Assembly: GCA_965216565.1 (NCBI GenBank)
Contig: OZ244170.1
Span: forward strand, 3,200,001-3,264,000
Direction of reading: 5' to 3'
Length of the DNA: 64,000 nt
Origin: Bythopirellula sp.
GTDB lineage: Bacteria > Planctomycetota > Planctomycetia > Pirellulales > Lacipirellulaceae
Shown here piece by piece: positions 56,937 through 64,000 of the stretch. The notes beneath the pieces are model-generated. The model made no database searches, was not told the origin of the DNA, and saw only the letters and a list, made by a program, of their open reading frames with translations. Made by a program: the position numbers and the translations under genes. Numbering within the stretch: the stretch's first letter is position 1; each line of letters begins with the position of its first letter.

Positions 56937-57935
56937 ATGGCAGATGAACACGTGCAACCTCAACGAGATGAGGTCCCCCCTCAGATCAACGCCGCGGAGA
57001 CTGATCGTCAGTTGTCGCGGTACTTTTCCAATAGTTTTTCGCGCTACTCTGAGTTCGAGGAACTAGCCAAGGGTGGCTCGGCGATATTGCGGACCTGTAC
57101 GGATAACAATCTGGGGCGTCGCGTAGTGATGAAGACATTGCACTCTCACCTGGCAGACAGAGAGTACCCACGTGCACGCTTTCTACGCGAAGCTCGCGTA
57201 ACCGCGCAGTTGCAACATCCCAATACTGTGCCGGTGTACGAAATTGGCCAGGACTTGGAAGGCCGACTCTACTTCACCATGAAAAAAGTCGTCGGCGAAA
57301 CCTTCCGCGATCTCCTGGAAAAACAGATTCTTGGGGATGCCGACGCCTGCCGCGTCTACAATCTCGATCGTATGTTGGGCGCGCTAATCCAGATTGCTAA
57401 CGCGTTGGCCTATGCCCACGCCCATGGGGTGGTCCATCGGGATCTTAAACCTGAAAACATGCTCGTCGGCTCGTTCGGTGAAGTGATCCTACTCGACTGG
57501 GGCGTAGCTAAAGTCTGGGCTCAAGACGGCGAGGTCTCAGAAGCGGCGATTCTAGAGCATGAAGACTTAACTGACGTGGGGCAACGTCCCGGCACGCCTT
57601 TGTACATGTCTCCCGAGCAAGTTCGCGGCGGGGGCGACGACATCGATGCCCGCACCGATGTTTACAGTATGGGAGTACTACTTTACGAGATACTTACCTT
57701 GAAGGAACCACTACGCGGCGATCGCATTAATGAAACCTTCGAAATGATTCTCAATGAAGCTCCCATTCCACCTAGTGAGCGAACACCCAAGCGAAACATC
57801 CCCCGGGTTCTCGCTGCGATCGCGATGAAAGCCATGGAAAAAGATCCTGCCAATCGTTATCAGACGATGCTGGAAATGATCGACGCAATGCGCGATTTCC
57901 GCAGCCGTGCGTTTCAATCGCTCACCAATCAGTGA
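56937..57935 (+). CDS. Soluble Hanks-type Ser/Thr protein kinase
   Basis: 'LAKGG', 'VVMK', 'RFLREA', 'HPN', 'HRDLKPEN', 'DWG', 'GTPLYMSPEQ', 'DVYSMG'. No TM or extra domain. Confidence 0.93.
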   Translation: MADEHVQPQRDEVPPQINAAETDRQLSRYFSNSFSRYSEFEELAKGGSAILRTCTDNNLGRRVVMKTLHSHLADREYPRARFLREARVTAQLQHPNTVPVYEIGQDLEGRLYFTMKKVVGETFRDLLEKQILGDADACRVYNLDRMLGALIQIANALAYAHAHGVVHRDLKPENMLVGSFGEVILLDWGVAKVWAQDGEVSEAAILEHEDLTDVGQRPGTPLYMSPEQVRGGGDDIDARTDVYSMGVLLYEILTLKEPLRGDRINETFEMILNEAPIPPSERTPKRNIPRVLAAIAMKAMEKDPANRYQTMLEMIDAMRDFRSRAFQSLTNQ

Positions 57936-59766
57936 CAACTCGCCTAGATCGCTCAAATCGTTGGTAACGTCCGCCGATCAGTGCCAGCGTGGAGACGAGC
58001 ATTAAAACCATCGCGGCCGGTTCTGGCACCGCAGTGGCTACTGCCGTCAGTGGCACCACACCATTGCCCAATTGCTGCTGCCAAGCGAGAAAATCGAGGC
58101 CATCGCTCCGGCCATCTAGATTCGAATCGCTATCGCTATTCAACCCGTAATCTCCTTCCCATTGGGCTAGATCATCGGCATCCACATCGTGATCACCATC
58201 AAAGTCGCCCGGAGTATTGACCGTCAAGTATTGATCAATGGGTACGTCGAGTAGAGTTTGGACCGCCCCATCTGGCCAATGAATCTCCAACTCGTCAATG
58301 ACTGTGGCGGCGCCCAATCCGAAGTGAACAGGTAAATCGCTCTGGTTGAATGTGCCGGCGTTGGTGTTTGCTTCGCGTCGAATGGTGCGCTCCTGCGGTG
58401 TGCCTTCGTTGATGGTGGCATAGAGCGAGGCACCTATCCCTGTTGTGTTATCCGTTGGTCCTGAAAGCTCCACGTACAACCAGTGATTGCCGTTGGTCGT
58501 GGCATCGCTAATGAAAACTTGCTCGGGGGTATTCGGATCGTCGTCGCTGGTAGTGGCGATCAAATCCTGATCGCCGTCCAAATCGATGTCCCCCCAGGCA
58601 CTATCGTAGCTCCCTTTGTTCGTATCATTGAGCCCCTCGGCGACAGTTACATCCGTAAACTGCCAGTTGCCATCATTACGGTACAGTTTGCGAGCCAAAT
58701 CTTTGCCGTTATTCGGCTTGTGATCATGGAAGAATAAATCGAGATCACCATCGTTGTCGTAGTCAACCGCCCGACCGCCATTGAGATCACCCGACGTGTC
58801 AGACAACAAAGCTTGCCCCGTAATCGCATCGACATCCGTAAACTGGTTATTACCGTCATTGCGAAAAATCTTGCTTGCCTCTGAATCGGCACCGACCATA
58901 AACAGATCCAGATCGCCATCGTCATCGAAGTCCAAGAACTCCGAACCGTAGCTGTTGTCCATGTATTGTGTGCCATTGGTATCCGCGATGTCGATAAAAC
59001 TCAGCGTGCCAGTATCGGCCAACTGGTTTTCGTAAAAGTTATTGCGGATATCTCCTCCAAACTTGCACGTCGAGATGTAGATATCCAAGTCGCCATCGCC
59101 ATCGGTATCACCAATCGCCATGCCGTATGCTTTGGTTCCAAAATCTTCTTGAAAACCGACCAAGGCTCCCACAGGGGTAAAGCTTCCGCCAGAACCTTGC
59201 AGGTAGATCTCATGCCTTTCTGGACCTTCCATCGCCAAGATTAAATCTAGATCGCGATCTCCATCGATATCACTCCAGGCAACGTTTTGGTGAAATCCAG
59301 GATCGTCGAGACCTGTGGCTATGCTTACATTGGCGAAGCTAGCGCCGCCGCTATTTTTTACCAGGTCCCCCTTATTGGTGCTTGTGTTTGACTGACCGAC
59401 AAACATATCGACAAAGCCGTCCCCGTCGTAGTCGCCCCACGCGGCACTCCACGATCGATCTAAACCTTCAGGCAATATGCCAGAGATATTGCTGTAAGTC
59501 ATCGAACCAGTGCCAATGATATTGTTGCGAAAAAGCTGCCGGGCGTTGGCGCCGTTTGGGTCACCACCTCCTTGGAACATCAGATCCAGATCGCCGTCGT
59601 TATCGATGTCTGCGAGCGACGCACTACGCGAATCATAATTGACGCCGCCAAGAATCGTAGATCCCTGTTCGCTGAAGGTTTGCGCTTCTGTAACCGATGC
59701 CTCTAGTAAAATACTCAGACACCACAGAATGAGGGCCCATCGGGTAACAGAATCGTATCGAGTCAT
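57922..59766 (-). CDS. CRTAC1-like FG-GAP/VCBS + ASPIC/UnbV protein with PEP-CTERM
   Basis: Repeated 'D.DNDGDLDL'; ASPIC 'NHWL.V.L.G....GIGA...HFGLG...IHWPDG'; EF-hand-like pair; 'VPEPAAMVLML...R'. Confidence 0.9.
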   Translation of the reverse strand: MTRYDSVTRWALILWCLSILLEASVTEAQTFSEQGSTILGGVNYDSRSASLADIDNDGDLDLMFQGGGDPNGANARQLFRNNIIGTGSMTYSNISGILPEGLDRSWSAAWGDYDGDGFVDMFVGQSNTSTNKGDLVKNSGGASFANVSIATGLDDPGFHQNVAWSDIDGDRDLDLILAMEGPERHEIYLQGSGGSFTPVGALVGFQEDFGTKAYGMAIGDTDGDGDLDIYISTCKFGGDIRNNFYENQLADTGTLSFIDIADTNGTQYMDNSYGSEFLDFDDDGDLDLFMVGADSEASKIFRNDGNNQFTDVDAITGQALLSDTSGDLNGGRAVDYDNDGDLDLFFHDHKPNNGKDLARKLYRNDGNWQFTDVTVAEGLNDTNKGSYDSAWGDIDLDGDQDLIATTSDDDPNTPEQVFISDATTNGNHWLYVELSGPTDNTTGIGASLYATINEGTPQERTIRREANTNAGTFNQSDLPVHFGLGAATVIDELEIHWPDGAVQTLLDVPIDQYLTVNTPGDFDGDHDVDADDLAQWEGDYGLNSDSDSNLDGRSDGLDFLAWQQQLGNGVVPLTAVATAVPEPAAMVLMLVSTLALIGGRYQRFERSRRVVTDW

Positions 59767-60052
59767 TCCAATAACCTCCTAGTCAGCGTGCGGTCAGGTC
59801 TCAGAATAACCGATCTCGATCGAAGGGTTCAAACGAAACCAGCAAATAGTAAGTTATCTGCACAAGAATCGAGAATCAGTCAAATAGATTGCGAGATTTC
59901 CTAGAGAAATAGAGGACTGAACAAAGAACGATGCCCAGGCTGATGCCGCCTCACCAGCCGATCTCAACCAGTCTTTTCAAACTTCGCCACGCTAGAGCAG
60001 GCTGACTATACTGGAAAGCGTTTTAGAAAGTGCATGTCCTGTTTCCAATATT

Positions 60053-62251
60053 ATGTCCAAACGCAAAAATCTCGCCCAATCCTTGGCCAAGTCGATCATG
60101 CCAGCTGCGCACATGACTTGGGCATCGCAAAGTGTTTCGAAGAACTTCGTTCGCACACGCGAGTTCCTCAGTCGTCGCCTTTGGATCTGGCCAATCATTG
60201 CCGTTCTCGTGCTACTGCTTCTGGGCTGGAGCGTACACGATTCCATTGAAAGTACTATGCGGGAGAATCTACGCTCGCAACTGCAGACGCTCAACGATGT
60301 AGAAGTTGCTATGCTCCGCACCTGGCTGAGCTCGCACAAAAACAATGCCAAGAGTGTGGCTAGCGATAGCGACGTCCGAGAACTGGTGCAGGCTTTGCTT
60401 GAAGAAGATCCAGCACACGATCACGAAGGGCATAAAGAGGAGATCGCAGCTCAACTCACGCAACAGTTGCGACCAGCTCTTAGCTCCCACGATTACGTCT
60501 CCTACTTTATCGGCACCAAAGTCGATTTGATCGCCTCAGATCGCGACGATGCGGTTGGGCTGAAAATCCCCTTCGAGTTTCGTGATCTCACAACTAGAGT
60601 CTTCGAGGGACATACCACGGTAACACCACCCTTTCCTGGCATTTTGCCTTACACAGATCTGGACGGGATTAAGCGTACCGGTGTGCCAATGATGTTCGTT
60701 GTCACTCCATTGCTCGATCGACACTTGCAAGTTGTGGCAACGTTAGGCATGCAAATCCGACCCGAGCGAGAATTCACAAGAATCTTACAGCTCGGCCAAA
60801 TTGGCGAATCTGGTGAAACATTCGCTTTCAATCGAGAAGGCTTGATGCTCTCGAATAGTCGATTTACAGACGACCTGATTTTGCTTGGCATATTGCCAGA
60901 CGAAGAGAATGCCCGCTCGATTCTCAAGCTACAGATACGTGACCCAGGCGGAGACATGACCCAAGGGTTTCGCCCACAAGTGCGCCGCTCCGAACTTCCC
61001 CTCACAAGAATGGCAGAAACCGCCATTGCTGGTCAGAACGGCACCGACGTGGATGGTTACCGCGATTATCGGGGCGTGTTGGTCACAGGCGCGTGGACAT
61101 GGCTCGAGGAGTACGGCTTTGGCGTCGCTACGGAAATCGATCACCAAGAGGCCTACAGGCCTCTGATCATACTGAAACGAACGTTCTGGATGCTTCTGGC
61201 GCTACTGGCTGCTAGTTCGCTTGCTATCTTTATGTTCACAATTCGCGTGGCTCGACTCCAGGAGAAGGCTCGCGAGGCGGCCATCGAGGCCAAACAACTC
61301 GGGCAATACAAATTGGAAGAGCAACTCGGTGAAGGCGCCATGGGTGTCGTCTATCGGGGACGACATGCCATGCTCCGCAGGCCCACGGCAATCAAACTTC
61401 TGAATGCCGATCGAGTGAACGATATCTCAATTGCAAGATTCGAGCGCGAAGTTCAAATCACAAGCAATCTGAATCACCCGAACACGGTAGCCATCTACGA
61501 TTATGGCCGAACGCCCGAAGGAATCTTCTATTATGCGATGGAATTCCTCGACGGCATCGATCTACAGCAACTCATTGACAAATACGGCCCACAACCGGCG
61601 GGACGCGTTATCTTTATCTTACAGCAGATTTGCGGGTCGCTGTACGAGGCGCATTCCACGGGACTCGTACATCGCGATATCAAACCGGCCAATATCATGA
61701 TCAATCGCCGCGGTGGCGAAGGCGATGTGGTAAAAGTGCTCGACTTCGGTTTAGTCAAAGCGCGCAGCGAACAGATAGGAGCGAACGATCCCGGTACTGA
61801 TTCGATGGCGGGCACGCCACTTTACATGTCACCCGAATCCATCCAACTCCCTGGATCCGTTGACGCCTGTAGCGATATCTATGCGGTCGGTGCCGTTGGC
61901 TACTATCTGCTGACAGGCCACCCTGTGTTTGAGGCCGAGACGCTCTCAAAACTTTGCCAGCTTCATATTTCCGAACCACCACAGCCGCCGTCGGAACGTT
62001 TGGGAACTGCGGTTCCGACGGAATTAGAGCAGGCCATTCTCAACTGTTTGGAAAAAAATCGCTCGAAGAGGCCACAGACCTCGCGAGACTTGGCCACTAT
62101 GCTTTCGCAGTGCCCGGCAGCCTCGGATTGGTCGCTGGATAAAGCCGACATCTGGTGGAGTCAGCACGAGCGGGGACAACTTCCCGAGGGTAGCTCCTCG
62201 AGTACCTCCCCCAGCGGTTACGATGCGACAATCGATCACGGCCAGGAATAA
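60053..62251 (+). CDS. Membrane Ser/Thr protein kinase with extracytoplasmic Cache-like sensor
   Basis: TM, periplasmic region with 'GESGETFAF..EG.MLS.SRF' and 'YRDYRG..V.GAW', second TM, then kinase 'LGEGAMGVVY', 'HRDIKPAN', 'DFGLVK', 'GTPLYMSPE'. Confidence 0.92.
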   Translation: MSKRKNLAQSLAKSIMPAAHMTWASQSVSKNFVRTREFLSRRLWIWPIIAVLVLLLLGWSVHDSIESTMRENLRSQLQTLNDVEVAMLRTWLSSHKNNAKSVASDSDVRELVQALLEEDPAHDHEGHKEEIAAQLTQQLRPALSSHDYVSYFIGTKVDLIASDRDDAVGLKIPFEFRDLTTRVFEGHTTVTPPFPGILPYTDLDGIKRTGVPMMFVVTPLLDRHLQVVATLGMQIRPEREFTRILQLGQIGESGETFAFNREGLMLSNSRFTDDLILLGILPDEENARSILKLQIRDPGGDMTQGFRPQVRRSELPLTRMAETAIAGQNGTDVDGYRDYRGVLVTGAWTWLEEYGFGVATEIDHQEAYRPLIILKRTFWMLLALLAASSLAIFMFTIRVARLQEKAREAAIEAKQLGQYKLEEQLGEGAMGVVYRGRHAMLRRPTAIKLLNADRVNDISIARFEREVQITSNLNHPNTVAIYDYGRTPEGIFYYAMEFLDGIDLQQLIDKYGPQPAGRVIFILQQICGSLYEAHSTGLVHRDIKPANIMINRRGGEGDVVKVLDFGLVKARSEQIGANDPGTDSMAGTPLYMSPESIQLPGSVDACSDIYAVGAVGYYLLTGHPVFEAETLSKLCQLHISEPPQPPSERLGTAVPTELEQAILNCLEKNRSKRPQTSRDLATMLSQCPAASDWSLDKADIWWSQHERGQLPEGSSSSTSPSGYDATIDHGQE

Positions 62252-62368
62252 GCGGCTACGGTTGCCCTCGCGGCACTATCTCTTGACGCTTCCTCGATTC
62301 TTCTGCGAACCTGTTCTCTGTGGCAAGCCTCTAGGATAGAAATTAGCTATCACAGCCAGGAGTCTTTC

Positions 62369-62932
62369 ATGGAAACGGCAGAACGGAACGCGACGCAAGA
62401 CGAATTGGATGCAGCCACCGAGCATGTGCTCGCCAGCCCCAAAGAGAAGTCTGTCCTCCAAATAATCGTTGTCCGACCCAAAGCCAACGAGCGGCAAACT
62501 CTCGAACGCGCGGAGCTCTCACCCTCCGGGGGAATTGCCGGCGACCGCTGGTCGGTAGACCACTGGGAACACCTGCCCGATGGCTCACCGCATCCGCAAT
62601 CGCAAGTATCTTTGATGAATTACCGCGTTCTCGAGTTGATTGCGGGGAACTCCGCCGCCATGCCCCTAGCCGGGGACAATTTGATTTTCGACTTGGATCT
62701 AAGCGAGGAGAATCTGCCTGCTGGTAGTCGCCTGAATATCGGCAGCCAAGTTATCCTCGAACTCACTGCGGTGCCGCACACCGGTTGCGGTAAGTTTCAA
62801 AAGCGTTACGGCAAAGCTGCCCGCGAATTCGTCAATGGTGATCTAGGCTCGAAGCATAGCTTGCGCGGCCGCATGGCGACGATCGTTCAAGCGGGGACCA
62901 TTGCCGTGGGAGATTCGATCGAAAAAGTCTAG
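62369..62932 (+). CDS. MOSC domain-containing protein
   Basis: 'GIAGDRW', 'QVSLMN', 'AGDNL..DLDLS..NLP.G.RL.IG', 'PHTGC.KF', 'RG....V..G.I.VGD'. Confidence 0.85.
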   Translation: METAERNATQDELDAATEHVLASPKEKSVLQIIVVRPKANERQTLERAELSPSGGIAGDRWSVDHWEHLPDGSPHPQSQVSLMNYRVLELIAGNSAAMPLAGDNLIFDLDLSEENLPAGSRLNIGSQVILELTAVPHTGCGKFQKRYGKAAREFVNGDLGSKHSLRGRMATIVQAGTIAVGDSIEKV

Positions 62933-63783
62933 CTCGTGATCGCCCCCGTGCGCGTCTGACACTTCTGGCAAAAGAATGTCGAACGCTGCGTCTGTACGAT
63001 CCGCTTGATCTTGCCCGACGCACAACGGGGACAAGATTCATCGACGCGGTTGTAAACGCGATGCTCGTTCTGGTAGCTACCTTGTTGATTGAGAGCATTG
63101 CGATAGGTGCCGTCGCCTAGAGTGGAGCCTTCGTAGCGAATCGCTTCGGCGAGCACGGCCCGTGTGGCGACGGCCACCGCTTCCCATTGATCGCTGCTCA
63201 TCGCGCGGCAACGCCGCTGAGGATGGATGCCGGCTACATGCAAGATTTCGGAGGCATAAAGATTGCCAATGCCGGCGACCGCCCGCTGATCGAGTAGGGC
63301 GGGTTTGATCTCCCGAGCAGAGCGGCCCAACTTCTGGCGCAAATCTTCCGCCGTGATTGTCAGTGCATCGGGACCCAGTGAGTTCGGACCAAATGCCATT
63401 TCAAATTCCTGTTCGGAATAGAGGCGAACATTGCCGAGCCCGCGGCGGTCCCAATAGTAGATCTCAGGCACTTCGCCGCTATCTAGCTCTAGCCGCCAGC
63501 GGAGATGTTCGTTGGAAGGAGGATCCACCAGCAAAACAAGCCCGGTCATTCGCGGTTCGATGACAATGGCATCGTCGGAATTGAGCCAAATGACAACGCG
63601 TTTCCCGGCGCGGCCCAGTTCTCGTATCGTGGCCCCCTGCACCCGACGACGGAACTGAGCGATCCCGGGACGAATAGCGATCGGCTTTCGAGTACAACGC
63701 AGCTTGGAAACGTTCACAATCTGGCTGCCCACCGCACCGGCGATCCCTCGGCGCATAGTTTCAACTTCTGGCAATTCAGGCAT
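62929..63783 (-). CDS. mutM: Formamidopyrimidine-DNA glycosylase / AP lyase
   Basis: N-terminal 'MPELPEVET', 'RAGK', 'RMTG', H2TH 'LLDQ..VAGIGNLYASE', zinc finger 'CPRC...FCQKCQ'. Confidence 0.96.
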   Translation of the reverse strand: MPELPEVETMRRGIAGAVGSQIVNVSKLRCTRKPIAIRPGIAQFRRRVQGATIRELGRAGKRVVIWLNSDDAIVIEPRMTGLVLLVDPPSNEHLRWRLELDSGEVPEIYYWDRRGLGNVRLYSEQEFEMAFGPNSLGPDALTITAEDLRQKLGRSAREIKPALLDQRAVAGIGNLYASEILHVAGIHPQRRCRAMSSDQWEAVAVATRAVLAEAIRYEGSTLGDGTYRNALNQQGSYQNEHRVYNRVDESCPRCASGKIKRIVQTQRSTFFCQKCQTRTGAITS

Positions 63784-63789
63784 AGAACA

Positions 63790-63862
63790 AAGTTTGAAGG
63801 ATGAAGTTTGATCTTTGAAGTCCTAATCTGACTTGTCGTATCCCACTTCAACCTTCAAACTT
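63790..63862. repeat. Intergenic inverted repeat built from heptamer-like TGAAG units
   Basis: AAGTTTGAAGGATGAAGT (63790-63807) and ACTTCAACCTTCAAACTT (63845-63862), 17/18 complementary. Confidence 0.6.
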
Positions 63863-63938
63863 CAACGATCATACTTCCCTGCCCTTGACCAGTGGTTAGC
63901 ACCGAGGGGAGAATTGAGAGTTCACACCAGGAGCCTTT

Positions 63939-64000
63939 ATGTCGACAGCACCAAAACCAGCGAGCAGCCAAGTCCCCGACGATGCGGGACGCTTCGGTGA
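63939..64000 (+). CDS. trpB: Probable tryptophan synthase beta chain, 5' end only
   Basis: AGGAG then ATG 63939: MSTAPKPASSQVPDDAGRFG..., matching the 'PD..GRFG' N-terminus of TrpB. Only ~20 codons are visible. Confidence 0.6.
   Translation, partial: MSTAPKPASSQVPDDAGRFG

Noticed and set aside
56937..57935. Pseudokinase because of DWG instead of DFG
   Set aside because: The catalytic Lys, HRD-x-K-x-x-N and the metal-binding Asp are intact. DWG is a tolerated variant.

Overview
Gene-dense bacterial chromosomal window, almost certainly from a planctomycete. LEPR-XLL-type 'ETLExRRxL' N-termini, PEP-CTERM proteins preceded by a paired 'GDFDxD...DFLxWQ' module, and multiple Ser/Thr kinases point to Pirellulales, probably Lacipirellulaceae (inference). 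The first 11.8 kb is the 3' part of a giant RHS polymorphic-toxin gene. Its reading frame is open back to the window edge and carries tandem ~140-aa repeats, two beta-sandwich domains inserted in the YD shell (one circularly permuted), a DPxGL cleavage motif and a REase-like tip. A translationally coupled pentapeptide-repeat gene, the candidate immunity gene, follows. Next come an ArsR/SRPBCC/DUF1569/VOC module, a lone CapV-like patatin, secreted and surface proteins, a FAD/Fe-S oxidoreductase, MATE, an IMPase-like gene, TIGR03032, and an ECF sigma with a VWA anti-sigma-like partner. The rest is largely housekeeping: recG, rnhA, a heme-c-motif histidine kinase, priA, nadD, a PduO-type adenosyltransferase, amtB-PII-glnD, two Ser/Thr kinases, MOSC, mutM and the start of trpB. 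I recognised no rRNA, tRNA, CRISPR array or transposase. All family calls come from motif recognition by eye; no database searches were run.
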